Notes: a model not told the origin generated them from the sequence alone. Numbered from the stretch's first letter, positions 1 to 8,582 are shown. The stretch: DNA of 36,997 nt from a candidate division WOR-3 bacterium (GCA_039802325.1 JBDRWH010000001.1:1-36997), one strand, 5' to 3'. A program made the numbers and translations.

Positions 1-369
1 TTTGCCTATGCAGCAGCAGTAAGCGGTATTATGATCAGAGAGAAACCCGCAACCAATTTTCTCGTTGGAATGTTCTGGGCAGAATCTTTGATTATGGCTG
101 AGAGCGGTGCATCAACCGGTGCAATACAGATTGCCGGCACTGATGCAGTAACTCAATTACCATTCTTTATCACTGCCTGTGATTATACACTCATTGGTGA
201 GGAATTATATGCGGCAAGTGCTTATATTTCAAGAAATCCTACTTTGTTGGCAGCACTTAAAAGTCAGGATTATAGCAAATTGGTGATTGCAGGTGTGATG
301 GTCATTGCCACAATCCTCGCATTACTGAAATTGGGCATTCCAGTGTTCAATCTGTTCAATATACAGTGA
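1..369 (+). CDS. Module protein A, copy 1 (C-terminal fragment; 5' end lies outside the window); unknown function
   Basis: Frame 1 is open from base 1 (FAYAAAVSGIMIREKPATN...). It aligns colinearly with the C-terminus of the 359-aa protein at 22859..23938 (FAYVSAVDGIMVREKPATN...GEELYAASAY), roughly half identical by eye. It has a C-terminal hydrophobic helix. Confidence 0.85.
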   Translation, partial: FAYAAAVSGIMIREKPATNFLVGMFWAESLIMAESGASTGAIQIAGTDAVTQLPFFITACDYTLIGEELYAASAYISRNPTLLAALKSQDYSKLVIAGVMVIATILALLKLGIPVFNLFNIQ

Positions 370-393
370 CAGAACTTAATAACCATAATAATT

Positions 394-426
394 GGGAAGT
401 TAGAAGTTTACTACTTCCTGCTTCCC
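394..426 (+). repeat. Imperfect palindrome GGGAAGTTAGAAGT / ACTTCCTGCTTCCC in the A1-B1 spacer (same repeat family as 1157..1220 and 18048..18102)
   Basis: The arms at 394..407 and 413..426 pair at 11 of 14 positions. Spacers 370..464 and 1146..1239 share the blocks AACCATAATAA, CTTAATAA, TTTACT, ACTTCCT, CTTTT(C/G)AC and TAAGTTAT. Confidence 0.6.
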
Positions 427-464
427 ACTTTTCACTTTCTAAGTTATCTTAGGAAGGAGGTCTT

Positions 465-1145
465 ATGCAAAGAAAAATACCTTTGATAATTGTTTTGATA
501 ATTGGCATTGCAATGCTTGTCCAATTCTTCATTCCCCATAAGATATCCAAAGATATATATATGAATTTTCTTGACTGGCTTGGCATCATTGCCTCATTTG
601 CGCTGGTCCTTGGATTAGGTAGTCTAATAAATCATCATGTAGACAAAATCCAGAGGAAAAGAGAACACTGGCAATTTTCCTATGTCACCCTGATTGCCAT
701 TGTAATCACTGCCATAATAGGACTATTTGGTGGAATGGAAGGAAAAGGGCCTCTACCAGTTCAACCGCAGATCATGTTGGGTGATAAACTTATCGTGATA
801 AAATACTCAATTCAGACAATTTATGAAAATATCATAACACCACTTGGCGGAACAATGTTTGCCCTCCTGGCATTCTTTATGGCTTCTGCAGCATATCGTG
901 CATTCAGGGCAAGAACATTTGAAGCGACGCTCTTACTCGTCGCAGCCTTTATCGTTATGGTTGGTGTTGTGCCGATTGGATACTATATCTCTCCAAAGCT
1001 TCCCCATCTTGCCCAGTGGATAATGGATGTGCCTAACACTGCATCAAAGAGGGGAATCCTCTTTGGTGTGGGACTTGGAGTCGCCGCCACATCATTAAAG
1101 ATTATGCTCGGTATTGAAAGAAACTGGCTTGGGGGTGGAAAATGA
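465..1145 (+). CDS. Module protein B, copy 1; polytopic membrane protein of unknown family
   Basis: AGGAAGGAGG RBS lies 5 nt upstream of the ATG. Several hydrophobic helices. Paralog of 22239..22862, sharing VDKIQRK, EAT-LLVAA-IVMVG--PIGY, WIM-VPNTA-KRGILFG and LGIER. Confidence 0.85.
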   Translation: MQRKIPLIIVLIIGIAMLVQFFIPHKISKDIYMNFLDWLGIIASFALVLGLGSLINHHVDKIQRKREHWQFSYVTLIAIVITAIIGLFGGMEGKGPLPVQPQIMLGDKLIVIKYSIQTIYENIITPLGGTMFALLAFFMASAAYRAFRARTFEATLLLVAAFIVMVGVVPIGYYISPKLPHLAQWIMDVPNTASKRGILFGVGLGVAATSLKIMLGIERNWLGGGK

Positions 1146-1156
1146 AAAACCATAAT

Positions 1157-1228
1157 AACTTAATAAGTGGAAAGTCAAAAGTTTTTTACTTTTTACTTCC
1201 TACTTTTGACTTATTAAGTTATTTTTTT
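1157..1228 (+). terminator. Long AT-rich bulged hairpin followed by T7 between module genes B1 and C1 (terminator/attenuator-like repeat element)
   Basis: AACTTAATAA (1157..1166) pairs with TTATTAAGTT (1211..1220). GTCAAAAGT (1174..1182) pairs with ACTTTTGAC (1202..1210). There is a 7-nt bulge and a 19-nt loop, followed by ATTTTTTT at 1221..1228. Confidence 0.45.
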
Positions 1229-1239
1229 AAGGAGCAGAC

Positions 1240-2103
1240 ATGAAGTTTTGGGAATATTTGTTGAAAATTGACCGAAGGATTGTCTTCTTGCTTGTTGGAC
1301 TCTCTGTATTGGTTCCACTCATATTCCCGTTTGCAATCAAAACAAATATCATGCCGCCAACCCAGAAACTATTCAATACAATAGAAGAGATAAATCCTGA
1401 GGCACAAGGAATATTGATTGCTGCTGATTATGACCCCCAGACAATGCCCGAACTCCATCCGATGTTTATCGCCCTTTTACGACATGCCTTCGCACGGAAA
1501 ATTCCTGTTCTCGTAATGACATCTTATATTCAGGGTCCTGGACTTGCAAAACAGGGGCTTGACCAGGTGACACAGGAATTCAATTCAAAGGCAATTACTT
1601 ACGCAGATTCTATAATCTACGGTAGAGACTATATATTCTTGGGTTTTCCACCCTTATGGCTTGCAGCAGTATTGAGAATGGGTTCTGATATCAGCCAGGC
1701 ATTTCCTGCGGATTACTACAAAAATAGAACCGGATCACTTGAAATGATGAAGAAAATAAAAAATTATAATGACATTGGAATTATTGTTTCAATTGCAGGA
1801 AGCGCAATACCCCAATCCTGGGTCGTTTATGCAAATACAAGATTTGGGGTTAAGGTTGGTTCAGGTGCTACCGCAGTCAGTGCCCCGGATTTTTATCCAT
1901 TCTTGCAGACCGGACAGATGAGTGGAATGATTGCAGGATTAAAAGGTGCTTCTGAATATGAATATCTTGTTAACACAAAATATGATCTAACTGGTCCAAC
2001 TCCAGCAACTAAGGGAATGAGTTCCCAATCAATCGCCCATCTCACGATTCTTTTGCTCGTAATCATTGGCAATATCGGTTATTTCGCCACTCGCAAGAAA
2101 TAA
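1240..2103 (+). CDS. Module protein C, copy 1; N- and C-terminal TM anchors flanking a roughly 230-aa soluble domain; unknown family
   Basis: AAGGAG RBS. Paralog of 21339..22160, sharing DRRI-FLLV, DYDP and GLKGA-EYE-LVN. Hydrophobic helices at both ends and a basic tail (TRKK versus QRRKK). Confidence 0.85.
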   Translation: MKFWEYLLKIDRRIVFLLVGLSVLVPLIFPFAIKTNIMPPTQKLFNTIEEINPEAQGILIAADYDPQTMPELHPMFIALLRHAFARKIPVLVMTSYIQGPGLAKQGLDQVTQEFNSKAITYADSIIYGRDYIFLGFPPLWLAAVLRMGSDISQAFPADYYKNRTGSLEMMKKIKNYNDIGIIVSIAGSAIPQSWVVYANTRFGVKVGSGATAVSAPDFYPFLQTGQMSGMIAGLKGASEYEYLVNTKYDLTGPTPATKGMSSQSIAHLTILLLVIIGNIGYFATRKK

Positions 2104-2281
2104 ACAATTGGTTAAATGGTCATGAAATCTAAATCAGAAACACGAGAAATGCGAAAATCGTTGTACGGTTGCGAAAAGCGAAACGGTTTGTGTTATTTGT
2201 TTCGCTCAACAATAGACGAATTACTACATACGAAACGCTTATCGCAACCAACAGGCCAAACCGTATTCTACAGGAGGTTTT

Positions 2282-2902
2282 ATGAGTCATGATCCCTGGG
2301 TATGGATTGGTGCATTTTTGACCATTGGGATTCTCTCTTTTCTGTATAAAGAGAATCCATTTTATAGATTCTGTGAACATCTGTTTGTTGGTGTCGCAAA
2401 TGGTTATGCAATTGCAGTAACCTGGCATCTCATATTGACCCCAAGGCTGATTATGCCCTTACAGGGTGGAAACTACCTTGTGCTCATTCCTATGATCATT
2501 GGTTTACTATATTTCTGTAGATTCATCCCCAAATTATCCTGGCTTGTGCGGATTCCCATTGCAGTCGCTTTGGGTTTTTCGTCAGGCGTAAGCATTCCCG
2601 CAATAATACAGGCAGATGTGATTAAACAAATCCAAGGTACAGTCGTCTATCCCCATTTATTTGCCAACTGGCAACAGGGTCTGTGGGCAGTTCTGATATT
2701 CATTGGTGTTCTTGCGACGATATTCTTTTTCTTCTTCTCAAGAGAGCACAAAGGTATTCTTAAGCCGGTTTCTTATGTCGGTATTATTTTTATTATGGTG
2801 GGTTTCGGCGCATCATTCGGTTATACAGTAATGGCTCGTCTTTCTCTGTTGATTGGCAGGCTACAATTCTTATTCGGTGACTGGCTGGGAATTATCAAAT
2901 AA
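2282..2902 (+). CDS. Module protein D, copy 1; polytopic membrane protein of unknown family
   Basis: CAGGAGG RBS. Paralog of 20725..21342, sharing SFLYK-NPFY, FVGV--GY and FGASFGYTVMAR-SL-IGR. Confidence 0.85.
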   Translation: MSHDPWVWIGAFLTIGILSFLYKENPFYRFCEHLFVGVANGYAIAVTWHLILTPRLIMPLQGGNYLVLIPMIIGLLYFCRFIPKLSWLVRIPIAVALGFSSGVSIPAIIQADVIKQIQGTVVYPHLFANWQQGLWAVLIFIGVLATIFFFFFSREHKGILKPVSYVGIIFIMVGFGASFGYTVMARLSLLIGRLQFLFGDWLGIIK

Positions 2903-2911
2903 AGAAAAGAC

Positions 2912-2990
2912 AATAGGGAGTAAGTAGTAGGAAGTAAGTAGTAAACAGTAAGGAGTATGTAGTAGGTAGTAAGTAGTATGTAGTATGTAG
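2912..2990 (+). repeat. Nearly C-free G/T/A-rich repeat tract with the 11-mer AGTAAGTAGTA three times
   Basis: AGTAAGTAGTA occurs at 2919..2929, 2933..2943 and 2968..2978, with GTATGTAGTA variants. There is a single C (2946) in 79 nt. Contains GGGAG, AGGAAG and AAGGAG motifs. Lies in the 3' UTR of D1, before the terminator. Confidence 0.8.
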
Positions 2991-3010
2991 CAAAATGAAA
3001 TGTGGGTAAC

Positions 3011-3038
3011 AAAAAGGGGGCTTAAAAGCCCCCTTTTT
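3011..3038. terminator. Bidirectional intrinsic terminator between convergent genes
   Basis: AAAAAGGGGGCTT-aa-AAGCCCCCTTTTT: a GC-rich stem flanked by an A-tract and a T-tract, so it can function on both strands. It lies between the stops at 2902 (+) and 3054 (-). Confidence 0.85.
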
Positions 3039-3053
3039 GTTTATGAGCATTAC

Positions 3054-4661
3054 TTAGTGAGTAACCACCAGTTTGCCTGAAACAGTCTTTTTATCAGTCT
3101 TCAGCACAACCACATAGGCACCATTCGCAAGCTCACGGGTATCAAGTGTCACAGTATAGAATCCCGCATTCCTATTACCCTGATCAATTTTCTGAACCAA
3201 TCTGCCATCAGCGGTGTAGAGATTGATTGAAACACTGCCTGTCTTGGGCAGGGCATAAGAAATACCTGTCTGATTGCGTACAGGATTTGGTGCAACATTG
3301 AGTGCGAGTTTCTTTGGAGTCTCGGTCTTATTCTCAGCAATACCAATGATTGGATTTCTGCCAACATACCAGCGCGCAGCAGTTGGGGATCCATTATTAA
3401 TGTTCCAGTACAGGTCAAGCAATGGGTCTGCTATGGCACAGCCAAAAACAAAGAAAAGTTGACCGTTTCCTGCTGGGTCCAATCTCTTGGCAATCTGCCA
3501 GAGGCTGTTGTTGTGGTCAGTGATATTGCCAGTTAGATTTCTTGGCGTTGACCAGGTTGAGCCATTGTTTGTTGAATAGTTGTAATAAACATCCCAGAAT
3601 GTATACTGACCTGTGCCACTGCGAGGTTGACCAAATAAAACCACCACATAGTTGCCTTCTGCCGCAATTGTTGGATAAAAACATCTGGCATCACTTGCAG
3701 TATTACCAACTTCTATACAATTGGCACCAGAGGCTGTGGAAACATAGATCTTACCACGATAAGGATAAAGGCCTCCGCCATAATCATCACCATGCCAGTT
3801 ATCAAAAACCAGAATCGGATTACCCGCATCTGTCACCGCAACTTGCGTAAAGCCAATAATGTTGCTGGTGTATGGATTGGGCCAGTTTACAGTCCAGGTC
3901 TGCTCAGCACTCCAGTTTACACCATCAGTTGATGACTTGTAATAGACATTGAGAGCATCGTCATAATAGAATACATAGGCAGTTCCACCATTGCAGTCAT
4001 AGCCCCAGTAGTAATTTGTTGCTACTGTTCCGCTCGCAATTGGGGTACCGAGATCAGCTGAGTAGGTCCGATAATAGATTACATTGGCATCCGTAACACT
4101 GATAAACAGAATATTGCCATTTCCCAGTTGGATACCATTGTTTTTGTGAGTAGCAATATTGCCAGGTCCAATATCAACCGGGGCATCCCAGAACGAAGAG
4201 AACCAGCCACCGCTCTCATATTGTCCACCCATACCACCCCAGGCTCCACTGATAAGATAGGGGAATGAAATATGTGGACCAGAACCATCTATTGAACCCA
4301 CTGCAGTAGGATACCGGGCAGGACCAAGATCACCTGCATAGGCAGCAACATCGGTCAATGCGCCGCTGAATATATTATCATTTTGCCAGACATCAAGATT
4401 ACCACTGGTCACAAAATTTCTGCAGACAAATTCCAAATAGCCATCAATAGGTTCATAAGCAAGGCTGGTCTGCATCTGGGTCCACAAGGAATATTCGTTC
4501 GCTGAAGAATCAGCAGCTACAATATCCCTTGTAACCATTACCGGCACATGTCTGTCACAAGAACCTGTGCCATCATCCATTTTTGCCTTATCAATATTTG
4601 CGGGCACAGTTACTGCCCAGATTACACAGGCAAAAACCAGAATAATTGATAGTTTCTTCAT
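3054..4661 (-). CDS. Secreted BNR/Asp-box (sialidase-like beta-propeller) repeat protein with a T9SS-type C-terminal sorting domain
   Basis: AAAGGAG RBS and signal peptide MKKLSIILVFACVIWA. Asp-box motifs STDGVNWS and STNNGSTWS. C-terminal tail is ...NGAYVVVLKTDKKTVSGKLVVTH. Confidence 0.7.
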   Translation of the reverse strand: MKKLSIILVFACVIWAVTVPANIDKAKMDDGTGSCDRHVPVMVTRDIVAADSSANEYSLWTQMQTSLAYEPIDGYLEFVCRNFVTSGNLDVWQNDNIFSGALTDVAAYAGDLGPARYPTAVGSIDGSGPHISFPYLISGAWGGMGGQYESGGWFSSFWDAPVDIGPGNIATHKNNGIQLGNGNILFISVTDANVIYYRTYSADLGTPIASGTVATNYYWGYDCNGGTAYVFYYDDALNVYYKSSTDGVNWSAEQTWTVNWPNPYTSNIIGFTQVAVTDAGNPILVFDNWHGDDYGGGLYPYRGKIYVSTASGANCIEVGNTASDARCFYPTIAAEGNYVVVLFGQPRSGTGQYTFWDVYYNYSTNNGSTWSTPRNLTGNITDHNNSLWQIAKRLDPAGNGQLFFVFGCAIADPLLDLYWNINNGSPTAARWYVGRNPIIGIAENKTETPKKLALNVAPNPVRNQTGISYALPKTGSVSINLYTADGRLVQKIDQGNRNAGFYTVTLDTRELANGAYVVVLKTDKKTVSGKLVVTH

Positions 4662-4730
4662 TTTTTTCTCCTTTCTTTTTTATATAACCAGATGTCTAAC
4701 CACTTTGTGGTTACTCTTTCATATATTTTT

Positions 4731-4739
4731 ATTATAGCA
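4731..4739 (-). promoter_or_regulatory. Candidate extended -10 promoter (TGcTATAAT) upstream of the BNR-repeat gene
   Basis: Minus strand reads TGCTATAAT. No good -35 is present. The 5' UTR contains a 7-bp hairpin, TAACCAC-aaa-GTGGTTA. Confidence 0.3.
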
Positions 4740-4756
4740 TCACCTCCTTTTCCTCT

Positions 4757-7405
4757 TTATTTAACCAACAGCACCTTATTAATGAAGATATGTTCACCGG
4801 CTTGAGCACGGACAAAATAGACACCAGACGCACAACCAGCTGGCAACCATAGAAAATCATTGTCGCCCTTAGATAACCTGCCCTGATAAACCGTTGTGGC
4901 CTTTCTGCCGGCAACATCAAAGACTTCAATTGTTCCAGAAGTTTCTCTGCCAATTGAGAATTGAATATGCAATGGACTACTTGATTTAGCAGGCTGTGGC
5001 ATTATTTTCAAGTAACCAGAAATGCATCTTTCGCAATTTTCTTCAATTCCCACCACATCCTGCTTGATAATCAGCAGTCCAGCACTACCATCAGCAAGGT
5101 AAATCAGATTATTCCTGTAATCAAAACTCACGGCAGTACTGACTGAGAGTGTATAACCAATCTCTGCGGGTGCTGATGGATTGGCAACATTTATCACCCT
5201 AATACCACCTGCTGTTCCGTCAGCAACAAAAATGTGATTATTGAAATACTGGATACCAGAAGCAGTTCCTGGTGTATCAAGCGAACCTAACAGAATAAGC
5301 GTATCAGAACTTGAGGCATCAAAGACTTTAATCCCTGCAGTACCATCTGCAGCATAGACATAATTGCCTGCTTTCGTCACACTGTACGCTATTCCATTTG
5401 TATCATAATATCCTGTTTCAACTGGATTGGAAGGTGTTGAAACATCTATTATTCGCACACCTTTTGTAGCATCCGCAACATAGGCAAAATTATTAGCAAC
5501 AACAACATCATAGGCAAATCCTGCAGTATTGAATGTTCCAAGGATGACGGGATTTGCAGGATCCTGGACATTAACAATGACCAATCCCTGGGAACGAGCA
5601 CAAACATAAAGAATATTGCCTGATATGTATAAACCAAGCACATCATCTGTTAGACTCAGTTTTCCCACCTGAACAGGATTTGATGGATTGGACAATGAAA
5701 GTATTCTCAATGTATCTTCACGGTCACCAACATATAAATATTGAGATGAACCGGTAATCGTGATTGAATTGCCCGGCAGGCTTATTTGATTTACATATTC
5801 AGGTAATGTTGAATCAGCTATATCTACTACAATCAAACCAGCAGTACCATCTGCTATGTATGCATAATTACCAATAATAATAACATCATTTGCCCAGCCC
5901 GGTGTATCAGAATGCCCTATCAAGTTAACATTTGTTGAATGGTTCAATTCTACTACCCGAGACCTTCCAAAACTTCCGTCCGCAGCAAGTCGGGCATTAC
6001 TTGAATTCATGGCTGAAATATTCACCCGCAATGAACAGCCAACAATATCTGTGCAGGTCCAGACATACTTGCCCGTATTGGGAACATTATCGCTAATCAA
6101 TGTCCAGCGTAAGGAATCATAACTATCAAGGTTATTACCTTTTGACCACCATAGCTTCATATGGTCAATATTAGTTCCTTCTGTATGCCAGCGAATTGCA
6201 TATTTTATATTCTTGAACATCACTGGCATATTATAAATATCACCGCCTCTGGGATAGTCAAGAAATACATTATTCGGATTTGAACCACCTGGCACAAGGG
6301 TGACTACATAATCATACGAATAGACACCACTATAATATGTCCACAGGGGCCAGAGCGGTTCATCATTACCCCAGGTTGTATGGACAATGACAAATGTATC
6401 GCTACCTGTGATCTCATAGCCAACACCAGTAATAGAATGATTGATATAATCGGACATTGGAGGATACCAGTAATAGAGAACACTCCAGTGACAGGGTCTC
6501 TGGGCATCAATCTCAGTTTGTATCCAGGAGAAGACATACTGGTTCCAGTTGCCACCCTGTGGTGAAGTAGCAGCGGTAAATGAGTAACCATTATAGGTAT
6601 TGGCAACGGTTAACATACCAGGTCTTATATTACCAATTGTTGTGCCACCGGTCAATGTATCAGTATTCATTGCAATAGCAAGTTCGCGATTGGTATTGGC
6701 ACAATCATTCCATTCATTTTCAGGATTGTCCCAGTGTGTGAAAAAATAGTCAACAAGTTTACCATAGCCACGATAATCCCAGTACCAGAACATCATGGAA
6801 GCAGCGGTAGGAGAACAACCATAGACCCAGTCAATAAAAGGAACTGAATCAACATAATTGCCCCAGCGTGTTCTAAAGTCATCGGTATTAAGATATTTTT
6901 CCCATTTTTGCCTGGTGAGTAATTCAAGTATTTGATCGGATTTACACTCTTTTAATTCTTCATCTCTACGAATTTGTCCATTTCTCACATTTATCAATAT
7001 CTTTTTTCCGTTTACATCAAAACCCGCATATTCTTCCCCAGCCCCAAAATAGTAATTGTGTTGAAATACGGGTTCACCAGAAATTTGTTTTCTCAAATTA
7101 TCCAGTGCTCGGTCATGAAACCTTTCACAATAAGGTGCACCATGATATATCTCACCAATTGGTGATGTCGTGTATCTTGCACCCATCACTATTGTTAGAT
7201 TATCCTTTCCATTTTGAAAAACAAAACCATAAGCATTGGTTTTTTCATCAACACCAAAATAGGTTATTACATTTGCCAATCTGTATTCAGAACCATATCT
7301 CTGATTAACGAACTTATACGCCAGTGCTTCAATTTTTTCCTTGGGTATAAATTCAGAACCAAAGACAATCCCTGCCAGAATCAATAAAACAAAGAATTTC
7401 TTCAT
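4757..7405 (-). CDS. Secreted multidomain protein: papain-fold (C39-like/C10-like) cysteine peptidase domain, LVIVD-repeat beta-propeller and T9SS-type C-terminal domain
   Basis: I place the start at ATG 7405 (AAGAGG RBS, signal peptide MKKFFVLLILAG). The track's 7471 start is a TTG and would put a 13-bp hairpin inside the coding region. Candidate catalytic motifs are YGCSPTAASMMFWYW and NHSITGVGYE. Repeated GLIVVDIAD, GLVIVNVQD, GVRIIDVST, GIKVFDASS and GIRVINVAN. Tail is SGVYFVRAQAGEHIFINKVLLVK. Confidence 0.7.
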   Translation of the reverse strand: MKKFFVLLILAGIVFGSEFIPKEKIEALAYKFVNQRYGSEYRLANVITYFGVDEKTNAYGFVFQNGKDNLTIVMGARYTTSPIGEIYHGAPYCERFHDRALDNLRKQISGEPVFQHNYYFGAGEEYAGFDVNGKKILINVRNGQIRRDEELKECKSDQILELLTRQKWEKYLNTDDFRTRWGNYVDSVPFIDWVYGCSPTAASMMFWYWDYRGYGKLVDYFFTHWDNPENEWNDCANTNRELAIAMNTDTLTGGTTIGNIRPGMLTVANTYNGYSFTAATSPQGGNWNQYVFSWIQTEIDAQRPCHWSVLYYWYPPMSDYINHSITGVGYEITGSDTFVIVHTTWGNDEPLWPLWTYYSGVYSYDYVVTLVPGGSNPNNVFLDYPRGGDIYNMPVMFKNIKYAIRWHTEGTNIDHMKLWWSKGNNLDSYDSLRWTLISDNVPNTGKYVWTCTDIVGCSLRVNISAMNSSNARLAADGSFGRSRVVELNHSTNVNLIGHSDTPGWANDVIIIGNYAYIADGTAGLIVVDIADSTLPEYVNQISLPGNSITITGSSQYLYVGDREDTLRILSLSNPSNPVQVGKLSLTDDVLGLYISGNILYVCARSQGLVIVNVQDPANPVILGTFNTAGFAYDVVVANNFAYVADATKGVRIIDVSTPSNPVETGYYDTNGIAYSVTKAGNYVYAADGTAGIKVFDASSSDTLILLGSLDTPGTASGIQYFNNHIFVADGTAGGIRVINVANPSAPAEIGYTLSVSTAVSFDYRNNLIYLADGSAGLLIIKQDVVGIEENCERCISGYLKIMPQPAKSSSPLHIQFSIGRETSGTIEVFDVAGRKATTVYQGRLSKGDNDFLWLPAGCASGVYFVRAQAGEHIFINKVLLVK

Positions 7406-7422
7406 TTTTATTCCTCTTTTAA

Positions 7423-7453
7423 GGCGGGGTTCTGATAAAATCAGAACCCCGCC
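7423..7453 (-). other. Perfect 13-bp GC-rich hairpin in the porV-peptidase intergenic spacer
   Basis: GGCGGGGTTCTGA-taaaa-TCAGAACCCCGCC. In the minus (sense) orientation it is not followed by a U-tract. It is more likely an mRNA-stability or processing hairpin, or a leaky attenuator, than a full terminator. Confidence 0.6.
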
Positions 7454-7460
7454 TGATTTT

Positions 7461-8573
7461 TCAGAATCCAATAATCAATCCCAGACGATGAGTCGCCTTC
7501 AACACACCCTTATTCATATAGGCGTAGTCAATGCGTAATTCCCTTTCTGCCATCTTGAGATTGAATCCAACACCAGCACAGAGGTTATTAAGAAGCCACT
7601 CGGTATTTTCGCCCCAGTTTGGATAGGTATATTTTTCCTGAGCAGAGTCATACACTGGTTCAGCACCGGTCATTGCCTTCATATAATCCATATTCAAGTA
7701 TACCTTGTATCCTGTCCTCAGAAATATAGTATTCAAGTAGCCATACTCAAGACCAAGGTTTATTGTTTCGTAATTGTCATTCGGGTGATTTAAATCCAGT
7801 GCTACGGTTAGCCTTTGATTTTCACTTTCAACCGGATTCATTGCCAGACCAAATCTGAAGATCAATGGTAAGGGAAACGGAGTCGTCTTAAGAGTGACTG
7901 GAATTTCCTCATAGTCAAGTGGAGAATCAGGGAAAGGATCTGCTGACCTGTCCAATTGTCTGCCGCCGAATGTAATGTCTGAGCCAAAGTTAGCCATTGA
8001 AGCAGCAATCTTCAATCCTTTGAAACCAGTATTATAATGAATACCAAAATCTGTGCCGATTCCACTGGCTGACATATCCCAGATCATTTCTTGCACTGCT
8101 TTGATCGTAAATCCAGCAGCAAGACGGTCAGTGAACATCCTTCCAAAGGAAATGCCAAGGGCAAAATCAGAGGCATTGAAAAAGGTTCCAGTCCCGGTAT
8201 CCTCACGCACGGTTTTGGTATTTGGGTCATCCACTGTTGTATATTCCATTTTACCCATTGTCAGGGCGGTCAAACTGAATCCGAGTGTTCCCATATTAGA
8301 AAGAGGAAGGGCAACTGCGAGATATTCATGTTTTAAATCCGCAATCCATTCATTGTGCTGGAGCGACAGTTGACGATTATTCAAAATGCCCAGCCCGGCC
8401 GGATTCCAGTAGGTGGCTGAGGCATCATCAGAGATAGCAACAAATGCCTCACCCATTGCTGCACCACGACCTACGCCGATCTTTAAGAACTGGGCACCTG
8501 ATGTCCCGAGTTTGGCAAAATCTGCAAACAGGGGAATCGCTAATATCAGGATTATTGTTAGGTACCTTTTCAT
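7461..8573 (-). CDS. porV: PorV/PorQ-family outer-membrane beta-barrel protein (T9SS cargo-shuttle-like)
   Basis: GGAGG RBS and a signal peptide. The N-terminal signature GTSGAQFLKIGVGRGAAMGEAFVAISDDASATYWNPAGLG is typical of the PorV/LptO family. Size is 370 aa and the sequence ends in an aromatic F. Confidence 0.7.
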   Translation of the reverse strand: MKRYLTIILILAIPLFADFAKLGTSGAQFLKIGVGRGAAMGEAFVAISDDASATYWNPAGLGILNNRQLSLQHNEWIADLKHEYLAVALPLSNMGTLGFSLTALTMGKMEYTTVDDPNTKTVREDTGTGTFFNASDFALGISFGRMFTDRLAAGFTIKAVQEMIWDMSASGIGTDFGIHYNTGFKGLKIAASMANFGSDITFGGRQLDRSADPFPDSPLDYEEIPVTLKTTPFPLPLIFRFGLAMNPVESENQRLTVALDLNHPNDNYETINLGLEYGYLNTIFLRTGYKVYLNMDYMKAMTGAEPVYDSAQEKYTYPNWGENTEWLLNNLCAGVGFNLKMAERELRIDYAYMNKGVLKATHRLGLIIGF

Positions 8574-8582
8574 TTTTGCCTC

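Noticed and set aside
2129-2428. 99-aa minus-strand ORF spanning the C1-D1 spacer
   Set aside because: It overlaps the D1 start on the opposite strand and has no RBS. The spacer is better explained as structured non-coding RNA.
2821-3012. 63-aa minus-strand ORF encoding YYILLTTYYILLTVYYLL
   Set aside because: It is a translation artefact of the GTA-rich repeat tract and overlaps the end of D1. It has no RBS.
7406-7471. N-terminal extension of the peptidase/LVIVD gene (track start 7471)
   Set aside because: The 7471 start is a TTG overlapping the porV stop, and it would translate through the 13-bp hairpin. ATG 7405 has an AAGAGG RBS and begins a canonical signal peptide.
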